From Stegostoma tigrinum (lineage: Eukaryota): 64,000 nucleotides of DNA. This document shows positions 1 through 14,270 of this stretch, one piece after another; position 1 is the stretch's first letter, and every line of letters starts with the position of its first letter. Under the pieces are notes generated by a model that was not told where the DNA came from, made no database searches, and saw only the letters and a list, made by a program, of their open reading frames with translations. The stretch covers positions 11,821,048 to 11,885,047 of the forward strand of contig NC_081389.1 of the NCBI RefSeq assembly GCF_030684315.1. Reading direction: 5' to 3'. The position numbers were made by a program, and so were the translations under genes.

Positions 1-171
1 CCCCTCAGCCCAAGGGTGTGCTGGTTAGGTGGATTGGCCATGCTAAATTGCCAATAGTGTTGAGGGATGTGTAGATTAGGTGGGTTATAGGGGGATGGGT
101 CTGGGTGGGATGCTGGCAGGGTCAGTGTGGACTTGTTGGGCCATAGGTCCTGCTTCCACACTGTAGGGATT
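1..171 (+). mobile_element. HE1-type SINE, 3' half (cut by the window edge)
   Basis: ttaggtggattggccatgctaaattgcc..cacactgtagggattct. Confidence 0.8.
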
Positions 172-1149
172 CTTTCTTTTTTTTTAAAAAAAACCTGGTT
201 CAATGTCATAATTGTGTGAAAGCGTTTTTTGCCTTCATGCTCTTGCCTGCGTAATTGCTGAGAGCGTATTGCTTTTCTTCAGCCAATGATGAACTTGGTT
301 TTTCTTTGCAAGCTTTGAAACTTCCTGCAAAGGAATTTAATGAGCGCCCAAAATTGGAAGCCAGCTAATGCCTATCCCATATAGACGCAAGAACGAGGAA
401 TATCCAATCCATTTGCCAGTGTCTTGGTTCCTTGCCTTTACAATCTTGAAATATTTATTCAATTCCTCCTCCCACCAGCTCCTTTGCTGAATTAGGAATG
501 AGTCCAAACCTCAGCAGAATCGTTACATTTATGGCATTGCGTAAATGATTGTGACAATTTCAGAGAGTTGCCAATGATCTGTGTGCTCCCCACAACCCCA
601 TTAAACATTAAACATTTGGGTTCATTTCCAAATGTGTTTGCCTGAAAATTCTATTCGTGATTAAATGAAATCTGTGCATGTGCTGCAGATGGTGTTGGGT
701 TAGGGGTTTCAGTAAATGAGGAGGAATCTGTTGGCTCATTGGCAGGAACCCAGTTATGTAAATTAAACACAAATGAACCAAAGACGACTTGAAAGAATGA
801 GGTTTTCCATTAGAACACATGTAGAGAATAAAACAATCAGTGCTTGTGATGGGACGCTCATTTGGTGATTGACAAGGCAGCACCACAAAAAAATCCTGAA
901 GAAGGGTCCCGACCCGAAACGCCAGCTTTTCTGCTCCTCTGATGCTGCTGCCTGATCTGCTGTGTTCCTCCAGCTCCACGTTCTGTTACCATGGAGAAAG
1001 TGTAGTATTATGCATTGTAGCTGTAATATTGAAAAAGCCCTGATGAGAGCTAAGCTGGAGGAATGGAAGATGAAGAGAAAAGATGAAAGTTTAAAAGTAT
1101 TCTTGACGGGGACATGGTTGGGACAGTGGTTTCATGTGAATGTTGCTGC

Positions 1150-1470
1150 CCTGTAATAAGACTGAAAAGTGGGAGCAGGAGTAGCCTGCTTGGCCCATCA
1201 GGCTGTTCTGCCATTCAATAGGATCATGGCTGATCTGACATCCCAAGTGTCTGCTTTCTTGCCCTTTCCCCATAATCCTTGATTCCCGATAGATTCTTCA
1301 CCTATCTGCCTCTGCCTTAAGCAAGGACTCTGCCCCGACAGCTCTCTGTGGCAAGGAGATTTCAAAGACACTCCACTCGTTAAGAGAAGAAATGCTTCCT
1401 CATCTCCATCTTAAATTGGCACCCCTTTTTATTCTGAGACTATGCCCGCTGGTCCTGAATACTCTCAGTA
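1150..1470 (-). mobile_element. CR1 LINE 3' end
   Basis: ccattcaataggatcatggctgat..gagaagaaatgcttcctcatctc; the same family occurs at about 60095-60735. Confidence 0.7.
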
Positions 1471-2214
1471 CTTACCCTGTCGAACCCCTTAAGAATCCAA
1501 AGCAATCCCAACAGGGCAAATGGTGGAATTTAAATATGGAATTCAAAGCTGGTCTTGGTAATGACAGCCACGAAATTGTCAGCAATTGTTGCCAAAAAAC
1601 CTCCATCTGGTTCACTAATGCCTTTAAGGGAAAGAAATCTGTCATCCTTACCTGCTCTGGCCTACATATAACTCCAGACCCACAGCGAGGTTGTTGACTC
1701 TTAGCAGCCCTCTGAATTGACCTAACAAGCCACACCCAGGTCACTGGCAATTGGGGCTGCTCAGCAAATATGAACCTTAACAGCAACTCTCTCGTCAACT
1801 CTAGTGCGGTTTTCCAATTAAATTGGAAAGATATTACTCCATTGGCAATGACTGTTTCACAAGCTTAGACACTGTATTATTGATGAGATGAGTAAGGGGT
1901 CTTGACTGAGATTTCACATAGGGAATGCCTAGCACTTTATCTGGAGAACATTCAGAATGTAATCATCGAATCACTTCCCTGCTGAGTTGCACATCAACTG
2001 TAATTCTTGATTAATTACCAAGTAAATGAGATTTAAAATCAGAAATGAAGATACAAATTGCTGGAAAATATTCAGCAGACCTGGCAGCTTCTGCTGAAAG
2101 ACAATGCTTCCTACTTTAATTTCAGAGTTACTGAAGCCACAGCAAGATCAGGCTGTGTGTGCTCAGTTGGAAATGTGCCACAATCTGTAATAAAAGCCAA
2201 AAGAATTGTAACAT

Positions 2215-2405
2215 TAACAAAACCAGAAGCTCCTGGGAAAGCTCAGCAAGTTTGGCAGCACATGAGGGAAAAAAATCAGTTAGCCATTAACCAGCGACCC
2301 GAGCTTCTGAGGAAGTGTCGCTGGCCCCGAAACGTGAATATTTTTGTTTTCTTCCCAGATGCTGCCTGACCTGCTGAGCTTTTCCAGCAGCTTCGGTTTT
2401 TGTGC
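2215..2405. mobile_element. Palindromic Penelope-derived mini-element
   Basis: Inverted arms aaagctcagca/tgctgagcttt. Similar elements at about 23025-23210, 26485-26680, 42420-42520, 46490-46680, 51015-51190 and 57770-57940. Confidence 0.78.
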
Positions 2406-2679
2406 CAAAATCTACGTTGCCCTAAAGGTCCATGTTTAACAGCAGCCCGAGTGTGTCTCCTCATATTGATTTCAATGAACTTTCAACCAGAGCGCAGGTA
2501 TTGTGAAGCTATTGCAAAACATACAGCAAGATGATTGAGACTTTGTAATCACAAGGGGTTCAGGAATCTCATCTGTCCAAACATTGTCCAGCGTCTCTGG
2601 CCATCCCATTGCAGCACCTTAACTGATTTAATGCAGCTCCGCTATCATCCCCTATCTTGCTGTGTTATTGTGTAGCTGG

Positions 2680-2975
2680 GTTATAAAATCGTGAGTATAG
2701 ACAAGGTGAACGGCAGGTGTCTTTTTCTTAGGGTGGGGGCTTTCAAGATGACGGGGTATATTTTTAAGTTGAGGGGAGAGCGGTTTTAAAAAAAGGTCAT
2801 GAGTGGCAATTTTTTAATGAAGAAAGTTCGTGTGTAGAATGAATTTCAAGAAGTGGTGGACAGGGCACAGTTAGAACATTTAAAAGGCATTTGGAGAAGT
2901 ACATAAATGTTTGGAGAGATAGGGGCTAAGCACAGATAACTGGGACTAGTTTAAGTTTGGGACCATGGTCAGCAA
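2680..2975 (+). mobile_element. CR1 LINE 3' fragment
   Basis: Similar to 5070-5400 (tttaaaaggcatttgga, ctgggactagttta). Confidence 0.75.
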
Positions 2976-4917
2976 GTACTTCTCCAAATGTCTTTTAAAT
3001 GTTGTAACTGTGCCCTGTCCTCTGGAAGTTCATTCCACACGCAAATAACTCTCTTTCTATAGATGTTATGTAAAAGAAAATGCCCCTCCTGTCTTTTTTG
3101 GCTGGATGCAAGAGTCTGTCTCTGTTCTGTATGACTCTATTCCAGACCAGATAGGCAGGGCACCTAAAGTCAGTTACATCCTGAGACATGTGACATTCTG
3201 GTATAAAAGTAGCCACCCCTCAGCTTCAGTCACCCTCTTACTGCAGTGGGTGTCAATTTAGTGTGTTTGATCAGTCAGTTATGTGCCTGTAACAGCGAGT
3301 ACATCAATAAGCGTAGAAAACCCAAACAGCGTATAGGCCTGATGTAGCAATATAAATAGTTAGTGTTGTTAATGAACTTGAAGATGTATGTCTCAGTAAA
3401 TAGCAAATCTTTGTGGTGTATAGACATGAGCTAACTCTGTACCCAGGCCATAGGACACGAGTATTGCTGTTTGATGCTCAAAATCACTGCAATTCTGTTG
3501 CAAACAATTATCACTGCTTCTAAAATAAACCTCTTTTTTGGTATCTGTTCTTAACTGGTTTCTGGTCTGCTCACTTGTTCTCCTGCCCTATTTTTATTTT
3601 TAATTAGGGCTTTGTACTAATCTTACTTTGTACTGAGTAAAATTGAAACCACATAGTGATTTATAGCATCTTGACCTGATTAACTTCACATATTATGATT
3701 AGACTGTCAAGATTGATTTGGCAAATGTTAAACTATTTTGGAATCATCTTCTGGGTTGTACAGTATAACTGACCAAATGCTTGTCGTGGTACATTTTAAT
3801 AACTCCTTCACATGACGTCTGCCTTTCGAGGTAATAGTTGGGTCTGAAGGATCAACGACCTATAGTATTATATTGGAATTTATTGTTACTTTATGAAAAT
3901 ACAGTAAACAGTGTGCAAGTCGCCACAAACCAGTGCCATTTATTTAAGACAAATTTCATTCTCTGGTCGCCCCATGGCTGTTGGTTTTACGAACTGGCTA
4001 CGGGGCCTATGAAGCCGCACTGAAGGAAGAATTATATCCACAAACAGGCCACTTGAAGCCTCCTGCCACTGTGTCAAGGACACCTCCCACTGGACCCATC
4101 ATGCCTCTGCAGCCATCGTCGCCAGAACCAACGAAAAGGACCCACTCAGTTGCTGATGTACAACCGTGAATCTGGCAAAATTCCAGCTGCTGCCAAAGGC
4201 TGGAAACTGTTAAAACTCCTGTAGACTAGGCCCTGCCCCAACTCTCTGGGGCGGTGACGTCCAACTCATGGCACCTCCGTTGAAGAAGCCATCAAATCCA
4301 GCACGGCCGCACAAGGAATGATCTGCAGTTTCGCCACCCCACAACCTCGGCTGCAGAAAGCAGGAAAGGAGAATTTGATACAAAAGGTAAATTAAGATTC
4401 CTTTTTTTTAAGAAGTTAAGACGTGGCTGGGCCAGGAGCCTGAACGTTACCTATACTGCTGCCTCTGCCACCTTGTGTGGGCATCTGAGGACCATGTCAT
4501 AATAGAGATTTGCTTATATGGGATTGAGGAACACTTTTTTTTGACATCTGTATTTGCAATACAGGAGCACAGACTTACTCAACACCATGACCCATCCTCC
4601 TTTTGAAGAAAGCTGGATGAAGCTCTGAATTTAAGGAAGACCTTGAATTTCTACAACACCCTTAATAACTTCAGCTCATCACAAAGCATTTGACAATTAA
4701 TTAATTACTTTGCTTATCTGAAGCGTGGCTGTTAGAACGTCAGGAACACTGCATCCAGTGTGTGCCTAGTAAGTTCCCTGAAACAGTAATGAGTTTAGTG
4801 AGGATGTAGCCTGTCGATGGTGTTGGGTGAAGTAGTGATCTGGATAAATGGAACATTCTCTCTTGGGAGAGTAGCATGGGGTGGCATAACAGAACTGGGC
4901 TGAGGTTGTACTAGATT

Positions 4918-5425
4918 ACTGTACCCAGTTCTGGTTGCCCTGTTACAGGAAGGATATTATTAAACTGGAGGGGGTTTGGAAGAGACTCACCAAGGTGTCG
5001 CTGGGAATGGAGAGTTTGAGTCATGTTAGCCTGGAGTGTAAGAAGTTGAGGGGTGACCTTACTGAGCCTTATAACATCTTGATGGGCCTGGTTAAGGTGA
5101 GTGACTTTTCCCTAGGTTGGCGGGGGGGGAGGAAAGAGGGTGAAGTTCAAAACTTGCGGGGGGGGGGGGGGCGACATTTTTAGGTGAGGGCAGAAAGATT
5201 TTAAAGACGTGAGGGGCATTTTTGTGTTTTACTCGGAGTGGTTAGTGTGTAGCGTGAACTGCCAAAAGAAGTGGTGGATACAGTTAAAACGTTTTATAAG
5301 TCATTTGGATAAGTACATGAATGAGAAATATTTGGACTGACTTGGGTCAAGTGCAGGCAGGTGGGGCTAGTTTAGTCTGGAACATGGTAGGCATCGACTG
5401 CATGGACCGAAGGGTCTGTTTCTGC
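4918..5425 (+). mobile_element. CR1 LINE 3' fragment
   Basis: PCYRKDIIKLEGV.KRLTK..KLRGDLTE.YNI; 3' end ggaccgaagggtctgtttc. Confidence 0.85.
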
Positions 5426-6084
5426 TACTGAGCAACGGTAGTGGAGAGACTGTGTGTCTGTGGATGTGGGCTGTTTGAATCCATGACTCGAATTCACCTT
5501 AAAGACTTAGGTGAAGGGCGTAAAGTGAGAAAAGTTTGTTTCTGTTCCTTGCATACCTGTCTGCCAAAGATGTTGTACCGTTTTTTTCCCCCTTGGGTTA
5601 ATGGTAGTGTCTCTTCTCTGAACTGGAAGGCAAGTGTTTAAGACCCTTCTGTCCCGGACGTGCTGTAAAATGACTGAAGAAATGAATTAAAATATCTACA
5701 GTTTGTTCGTGTAGATTCCATTTGATGCACCAGTTTCCTGACAAAGGTAAGCATCACGGACAGGCAAAAAATAGGCCAATGAAATTTCCCTTTTGACCTG
5801 TAAAGGCCAGATAACAATAACAGCCTGTCTTTATATATTAGCACCTTTTAACTTAGTACATGTCCTGAGGTGCTTCACATGAATGTTATGAAACAATGTA
5901 GGACTGAGTGTGTCTCACACAGCTATTAGGTCAGGTGACCAAAAATCTGGTCAAAGAGAAACATTTTGAGAGCCATCATAAAGGACAGATTTCAGAACTC
6001 CCGGCGGGGGGGGGGGGGGTGGTGATAGGCAGCTGAAAGCCGAGCCACTGAGGTGGGAGCATTTTATAACAGATTATTCTCGGG

Positions 6085-6610
6085 ATGTGGGCATTACTGG
6101 CTGGGCCAGAATTTATCGTGTGCTGCCTAGTTGCTCTGGAGATTGTGGTGAGCTGCTTTCTTGAATCGTTGCAGTAGATAGATCCACAATGCCTTCAGGA
6201 AGGGAATTCCAGCATTTTTGGCCCTGTGACAGTGATGGAACGGTGGTACATTTTCAAATCGGGATGATGAGAGGCTTGGAAGGGAAGCTGCACATGGCAG
6301 GTGTTCCCGTGTATCTGCAGCCCTTGCCCTTCCATTGGTAGTGGTTGTCAAGTTTGAGACATTATCAATGAAGCATTGGTGATGTTCTTGTGTCTCTTGT
6401 GCTTGGTCCACACTGCTGCTACTGAGCCTCAGTCTTGGAGAGATTGAACGTTTGTGGATGTGGTGACAATCAAGTGGCTGCTTTGTCCTGATGATGGTGT
6501 CAAGGCTTCCTGAGTGTTGGTAGAGTGGCATTCATCCAGCCAAGTGGGGAGTGTTCCACCACACACCTGACTTGTGTCTCGTAGGGAGTCAGGAGGTGAG
6601 AGTTACTCAG
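6085..6610 (-). mobile_element. Decayed L2/CR1-group LINE 3' fragment
   Basis: The - strand reads LDTI..LQRFKKAAHHNL. Related pieces at about 11320-11880 (-), 56540-56660 (+) and 59095-59340 (+). Confidence 0.6.
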
Positions 6611-7039
6611 TTAAAATCAGGGATGCTTGAGGTTGGAATTAGAGCAGTGCAAATATTCTCTCAAGGTTTGCAGAAGTAGGAAGGATTTGAAAACCTGGAA
6701 GAGAATTTGAAAATGAAGTTGTTGCTTGACTGGGAGCCAGTGTTCATTGGCAAACAGGGGTTCAAAGGAGTGATTGTTAATTGGAAGTGATAAAGAAATC
6801 TTTTTGGGTTGATCTAATCTTGCAATCAACACTGAAATCTCCCAACTTCACAGTTGATGGCAGCCTTGATTTGATTGAGCTTTTGGGGAATTTCCAGGTG
6901 TGTATTGGGTCCTGGATTTAGATTTCCCGTCTGAGAGATCAGAGTCAAGTAGAGCTCTCGCCGTACATTGCCTCAGGCTATTTGTTGCTCAGTTCAGCCC
7001 CAGTTACAAAGCTGTGCAAGTTTGGAAGCTTAATGAGAA

Positions 7040-8115
7040 ATACCAAAAATGCAGGAGATCACCGTCGATACAGCGTGGAGCTGGTGGATCGCAGTGGCTC
7101 AGGCAGCGTCTATGGAGAGAGAGCAATCTCCCGATTCAAATCTGGATGAGACGTTTTGGACAGAAAAGTGGGAGGGGGCTGCTGCACAGAAATATTCTTC
7201 TCCCTAACTAGAAGCTACTTCCGCCACCTCCAGCAAGATGCCGCCACCAGACACACATTCCCCTCCCCTCCCTTGTCTCCCTTCCACAAGGGCAGTTTCC
7301 TCTGGGACACCCTGGTCCACACTTCCTTCATGCCCAATACCTCCCCACAGCCCTACGGCACCTTCCACTGTAACCAGCGAAGGTGCAACACCCGCCCATT
7401 TACCTCCCTCCCTCCCCAGTATCCAAGGGCCCAAACGTACCTTCCAGGTGAAGCAACACTTCACCTGCACTTCCCAGAATCTAGTCTACTGCATTCGCTG
7501 CTCACGATGTGGTCTCCTCTACATTGGGGAAACGAAGCTTAGACTTGGTGACCGCTTCGCAGAACATCTACGTTCTGCTCGCAAAGAAGACCCTGAGCTA
7601 CGCATTGGCAGCCACATCAATGCACCACCCTGCCCCCTGGCCAATATCTCTGCCTCAGGCTTGCTGCAGTGTTCCAGTGAAGCCCAATGCTATCTGGAGG
7701 AACAACACCTCATTTTCCTCTTGGGGATCATACAGCCCTCCGGACTCAATATTGAGTTCAATAATCTTAGGCCCTAAACTCCCATACCCCAGCCCCCTAC
7801 CCCACACACCAGGCCTTATTAGCGCACAGCCTGCCACTACACACCCCCTGTTGTTAGTCACTAACATTACTCATTAACAACTATTCACCCTCATAGCCTG
7901 ATCGTTAGCCACTCCTTTTGTCTGTCCAACTGCCTTTCTCTTTGGGCTCTATCCTATTGTTTACTCCCTACCCCACCCACCTCCCTATTGTCTGCATATA
8001 AGCTGACGTTTTCCCAGCCACCATCCGTTCTGAGCGACACCAGACCCAAAATGGTAACTGTTTTCTCCTTCACAGATGCTGCCAGACCTGCTGAGCTTTT
8101 CCAGCAACTTTTGTT
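7040..8115 (+). mobile_element. 5'-truncated Penelope-like element with GIY-YIG endonuclease and terminal repeat arms
   Basis: ORF 7238-7777 contains NLVYCIRCSRCGLLYIGETKLRLGDRFAEHL..LEEQHLIF..GLNIEF. An overlapping frame has YFRHLQQD..FPSPPLS. Terminal arm at 8027-8115 and an oppositely oriented arm-like segment at about 7040-7135. Confidence 0.88.
7238..7777 (+). pseudogene. Penelope GIY-YIG endonuclease domain remnant
   Basis: VYCIRC..C..LYIGET GIY-YIG motif with R..EH and the terminal GLN motif. The RT is absent or frameshifted. Confidence 0.85.
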
Positions 8116-11100
8116 TATATTCTCCCTGATTGATATTTCTGTATTCATTTAATTTGGGTAATTAAATGCACGAAAATTTGTCTGTGTATGTGCTACATGA
8201 TTGTAAAGCAGCTCTTTGATCAGAAATGTCATCTAAGGGTCAAATCTGTGAAGCTGAACGAAAAGAATGGTAAAAGAGGAGATTGGCAACTTGTCTGCCT
8301 GGTGTCAGAGATTCCTCAGTGATGCTGCTTTATATGGACTCCAGATTGTTGTTGCCATGACACTCCTTTGTACAGTGTCCAAAATGAGGTGGTTTTATCT
8401 TTGTTAGGTGTTATCTGTTTTTCAATAGGAAACACTAATGCATTTGAATCAGAAGGTTCAGACCCCTTTCTGTACAGCTCAGCACAAATAGTGAGCTGAC
8501 TCTCCCCAGTGCAATAATGAGGACCTGACGCAGTGTTGGAGGTGCTGTTGAATACAGTTGTCATACCAAGTTCCCATCATCTCTCTTGGGTCTAGTATCC
8601 CACAGCACTATTAGAATTGGTGCCAGCAGAATTCTCCTTGCTGTCCCGGTCAGTATTCACCTCTCGGTGACCATCACGGTAGCTTCGAACCTGGGCATAA
8701 TCCCAGTGTTCTCTGCAAGTAGACTGCTGCATTGGTGACATTGTAAGAGTGACTTTGGGAAGCAGTGCCCATCCTTAGATTTGCTGGTGTCAAGATTCCA
8801 GGAGGGTAGAGTGAGTTCCAAGACAATTCTTGTCTGCACAGCGCAAGCGCGACCTAATTAGTGACATTCAGATCAATGGTTTCTGGGTTCAAAGTTTGAA
8901 ACTGGATGACTTTTGAGTGCATGATCAGGCTGGCGAGTAATATGTGGGCATAATATATTGCAAGGCGTGATTAGAAAGTGGAAGCAAGATGCACCCTTGT
9001 GCCTCATGCACTGATCATTGAGTTCAAGACTCTCTTGTTTTGCCCTGTACCTGTATCCCTAGATCTCCCTCAGTTGTTCACAAATCGATTAATTGCAGAC
9101 TTGTGGCACACTCTGTCTGAGCAATTCTCTCTGGTGTAAAAGATGCCATTCAGTCTTCACCTTTTGAGTGAAGAAATTTCTCTCCATCTCAATTCTAAGT
9201 GGCCAACCTCCTCCTCCGCCTCAGCTGTCCTAAGGGACTAAGCATTTAGCTTGTTGTTGCTTTAGAGGTTTATGTATTAAACTGAGCAGTTGTACAGATA
9301 CAACTCTGGAGGGGAAGTTCTGCTAGTGTGCCTCCTGCTCTCAAAATCTCCCAACAAGTGCACATTTAGCTGATTTACTGTGTAGAGAGTGCCTGTGATG
9401 CAGAATACCTTGCAACAAAACTCTGGACTGCAAAATCTATTTGTCTCAAAAATGTAGTTTGATATTCTTATGTAATGTGAATATTTCTTTAGCTAAAATG
9501 AAAGCCGTGCTTTATTCCATGATGCTATCCCAACAAAACCGATTATTAAATTAGAGTTGAATCATTTAAATGTGTGGGCAAAAATTCATTGCTAACTTGC
9601 AGTTCTTGATGTTAACTGTTCTTTTGCACTTGCTGTTTCCTATAGCTGAGCATCAGAGCGCTCCGGCAGGTTTCGGCATACATTAGGCTGTTTAATGCCT
9701 TGTAACTCCAAGCTGAGCTGAATAAATCTGTCCTTCATGTGCAACACACCTCATTTCTGTAGTTTGAAACATGAGAGAGAATTTATCCCTGGGCAGATTC
9801 CAGCAGCTGAGTGCATACAGGCTGCTGCCTTCTAAAATGGCATTGATTGTGTCATTTTGATGCCGTTGAGCTGCTCTGCTTGTTATCTTCATAGCATCCG
9901 AAATGAATGTATGAAAGAATTGCTGTGGTCAATATCAGACAAGCTGTTTCACTGGAAATGCCATGTTAGCTTGTATTGTAATGGGGAATTGGGTTATTCA
10001 GCTTATATCAAGCCTGCATTAATGCTCTTCACCACACTCCTCCAAATTACTGAAACTATCTCAGTGAACACCATCTACTGGGGAATGGCATACACTGTTG
10101 TTAGGCCCTTCAGCCCAACCAGTCTGCACTAGCCTCTATTCTGATCCCATTTTCCAGCGTTTGGGCCATAGCCTTGTGCATTTGGTTTGTGAAAGCATAC
10201 ACCTAAATACTACTTCAATGTTATAAGGGTTTCTATCTCTACCACATCTACAGGCAGTGAGTTCTAGACTTCTAGTGCCATCTGAATGAAAAAAGCATCA
10301 ACACATCCCTCTAAACCTCTTGATCTTTGTCTCAAGCCTAGGCCCCTTTGTCATTGATCTCTTCATCAAGTTCCAGTGTCAGATTGGAATTCTGTTCCTA
10401 CTTTTTTATCACCATGGCAGAGCTGTGCATTTCTGCCTTGGTCTTCCAAGCCCGCTCCTTCAGAAAGGCAGGATGTTTTCTCGCAGTATTGATCTGGTGA
10501 GGGAGGAGGAACTACTTCTGCTAGCTGCTGATTTCTGATTTGAGTATTATTGTCACATATACTGAGATACAATGAAAATTATTGTTTGCATGCTAACCAG
10601 ATAAATCATATCTATATGTAAGGGCATCGGGGTAATAGAATGGAATGTAGACTATCGTGTTTCACCTTCAGATCAACTAATATAAGAGAGGTCTGCTCAA
10701 AAGACTGGCAACAGCAGGAAAGAAGCTGTTCCTAAATCTGCTGGTGTTTTCAAACTTTCAAACAGTAAGTGCTGAAGAACATTTAACCTACAGAAAATGT
10801 TCGAAGAGAATATAACTGGGATGAGAGGAGTCATTTTTTTTTATATTGATTTGCCTCCCTAAGGGAAGTGTAGATGGAGTCAGTGGAAGGAAGGCTGGTT
10901 AACATGATGGAACTGGGCTGTGTTCACAGCTTTCTGACTTGTGATTCTAAGTGTTTGTTCATTAATACACTGAAGCTCTGGGACAGTTTAGCAGCTTTTA
11001 ACTGTGATCAATGTTTGAGTAGGTTGATAGCTGAGGCAGGAGTCAAATTGGTCAGGAGCTTGGGCAAGTGGTTTTGGGTGGAAGGTTCTAGTCAGGTTAT

Positions 11101-12929
11101 TTGGGGCTAAAGGCATGTTAGTATCAGAGGTTTTGTTTTGTGGTAGTCAGGATAGTTTGGGATTGGAAGTTCAAAAATTAGGGGTTTGGATGATGATATG
11201 ATAGTGGTGTAGATTGTTATTAAGTTGTAGAGTTATCCAGGAGTGAGATTAGGATATTTCTGAATAAAACTTCTGTATAGCTTCTGGAGCACTGTTGGAG
11301 CTGCTCTAATCCAGGGAAATGGGGATTGGTTTATCACATTGTTGAGTTGTAGATGATGGACAGCCATTGGGAAGTCAAGGAGTCAGTTACTTGTTGCAGA
11401 ATTCCTAGCTGCTGTATGTAATATTGCCAGTTCAGTTCTGTTTTGGTGACCCGCAGGGTGTTGAAACCTGAAGATTTGACGATAGTAATGCCACTGAATG
11501 CCAAGTGGAGATGGTTGATGCTCTATTATTAGAATTGGTCAATGTCACAACACTTGCCTAATACAATTATTACTTTCCTCTCAAACATGAATGTTGTTCA
11601 GGTCCTGGTGCATTTGGACATGGACTGTTTCAGTATTTGGGGAATTGTGAAAAGTGCTGAGCAGCATGCAACCATCGGCAAACACCTCCACTCCTGACCT
11701 TAGGATGGCAGGAAGCTCATTAGTGATTATAGTTGAAGGTGGTTGGGCCTTGGATGCTGCTCTGAGTACAGTGATGTCTTGGAACGGAGATGACTGACCT
11801 CCTAGCGATCACAGCTACCTTCCTTTTGTGTTATTATCATTCCAACTTTTACCCACTGGTTCCTATTGATGAGTTTTGTTTCAGCTCCTTTACTCAAAGA
11901 CAGAGTACCCATAACTCCTGAGAAAGGGAATTCCAAAGATTCACAATGCTATGAGTAAAGAAACTTCTCACCTCAAATGGCTGAGCCCTTAGTGTAAAAT
12001 AACGGGTCTTAGTTCTAGCTCCCTTAGTCCTAAGAAGCCTCCACCTTGTCAAGCTCACTTGGAATTTTCTACTTTTCGATGTGGTCACACCTTTGTTCTT
12101 TTAAACTCAATAGACTATGAGCTCAGTTTGTCTTTGGAGGGTGATCCTTGCATCTCTTGGGGGTGGGGGAGGGTGGGGGAATCAATAATTTGTTTAGCCA
12201 GTCTATTTAATTTTTGGTACAGGTTACAAATTTGTTGGTGATTGTCATTCATTTGACATTACAAAAGTCTTTAGAGCCCAAAAAATGACTGAACAGTATT
12301 TTGACTTGCTGAATTGGCAGAAAGGTGAGAATCAAGACTGATGGTGCAGGTAGCAGTTATGAATGGTTGCATGGGTCCAATCAGTCGAGGTGTCCCATAG
12401 AAGTTGGTGTTAGTGCTATTATTCTTTACTCCCTCATCAGTGGTCTATATGAATGTGGAAGAATATCTTCTACAGCCAGGATTCTACCTTGCTTCCTCAT
12501 TGGGTAAGACATGAATCACCAAATTGTTGCAGTGCAAGTGGAGATCTTTTGGCCCATTGTGTCAACATGGATCTCGAAATGAGCCTTGTATGACTTGGCA
12601 ACACTCCTCTGACTTTTCAGTGTAACCTTGCATGTGAGACTACGTGTGAAAGCCCCCTGCATTGATCAAATGCAATGTAATGTTTATCTGTGATCTCTTT
12701 ATCTGACTGTAATGCTTGCCATTGTAGCATAATTTTCTTGTTTTCTAACTTATGCAATGAATTACTTTAAGTTAATGTAACTTTTTTCTTTAGTTTGGTA
12801 TTTTGTATCTAAAATTCATACTTGGGTACAAAGATAGCGCCGTGAAGGATGACATTTGTAAACTTTTCACTGTAGTCTGTACACATGACAAGAAACCTAG
12901 CTGTAATTCTCTTACTTCAGTTTAAGTAT

Positions 12930-13350
12930 TCGTCTAACGAATGCGCTCTTCAATGCCTTGATTAAGTTTGTCTGCATCACACTTAGAGGCAGTGTGTTCT
13001 AGATCCAATGCACTTGTTCGGTGAAAAAGCTCCTTCCCATAATCACAATTACTTCCTTTGCCAATCTTGTTTTTTTTTAAAAGCCTGTGCCACCTCGTTC
13101 TTGATCCACTTATGAGTGGGAGCCCCTTTTTTATTTCCACGTTCACACTGTCCAGGCTCCTCGCGATTTTGAAAACATCTCTCGGATCCCCTTCCCTCCC
13201 TGCACTGCAAGTAAATCAGTCCCAGCTTCTCAAATCTATCTTTACTGTCTCCAATGTGCTCATATTCCATCCTGGAGTAGTATCCAGAACTGTGTGCCAT
13301 ACTGCAGCTGAGGTGTAATTAGTGTTGTTTATAGATTCAGTAGAACCTCC
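12930..13350 (-). mobile_element. Decayed CR1 LINE fragment
   Basis: DRFEKLGL; tatccagaactgtgtgccatactgcagctgaggt. Confidence 0.65.
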
Positions 13351-13979
13351 TTACTCTAAGCCCTATCAAAGCCTAGCCTAAGTGTTTTTTGTTTTGAATA
13401 TTTCAGTGTAGGATTACTGCAGGAAATGATTAGTTTAAAGAAAACCCTCTGCATCTGACATTATTCATCCTTAGCAAGTTGTCTTCCTTGCCTTGGTATT
13501 TGCATTGCTCAGAGTTCAGAAAGGTCTTAACTCTGCAGAGTGATAAATGCACGGTGAATACTTATTCTTAGAAGCTTCAATTCCATTCCTTACCAGATGT
13601 TTCACCAGCTGTTTTTTGTGACTAATTAACATACCATTAACTGAATTTGCTGGTTCTCTGTTTCACAGACACAATGTTGTGTGAAGAAATATTTATTCTC
13701 ATCTAAATTGTGCTTGATGCTTGTTAATTGTACGCTTTTTGCTGTTCAGTGTACGCTCCACTGACTAACCTGCATCCAGTGTATGTTGGCCTTTCCTCTC
13801 AGTACTTTGTGTGACAATAATATATCCTTTCAATCTACTTCACTCCCCTGAAGAAAGTAAATTGGCTTGTGTGAATCTTTTTCGATGATTTGGATCCCTA
13901 AATTTAGGCCCCATTTCCTTCAATTAGGGCTCTTTGCTAACATCATTAACTTGGATTTCATGGTGAAAACTGTTACCAT

Positions 13980-14270
13980 CAGAGGTATCGATAGAGTAGA
14001 CAGCCAGAGACTTATTCCTGGGGTGGAGGGGGCATAGTTTTAAAGTGTGTGTGGGTAGATATAGGGGAGATGTCAGAGGTAGGTTCTTTACTCAGAGTGG
14101 TAGGGGTGTGGAATGCATTGCCGGAGAGGGTAGTGGAGTCGGCCTCATTGGGGGCATTGAAGCAGCTATTAGATAGGCATATGGATAATAGTGTAAGGTA
14201 GGGGTCGAGGTTAGATAGACCTTAAGATTATGGTAAAAGTTCAGCGCAACATTATTGGCCCTATGTTCTA
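13980..14270 (+). mobile_element. CR1 LINE 3' end
   Basis: ggggagatgtcagaggtaggttctttactcagagtggta..tggaatgcattgcc. Confidence 0.8.

Noticed and set aside
2215-2405. Palindromic elements as CRISPR repeats or DNA-transposon MITEs
   Set aside because: They are dispersed in eukaryotic DNA with no repeat-spacer array. Their arms match the termini of GIY-YIG Penelope elements in this window, and the TSDs seen are long and variable.
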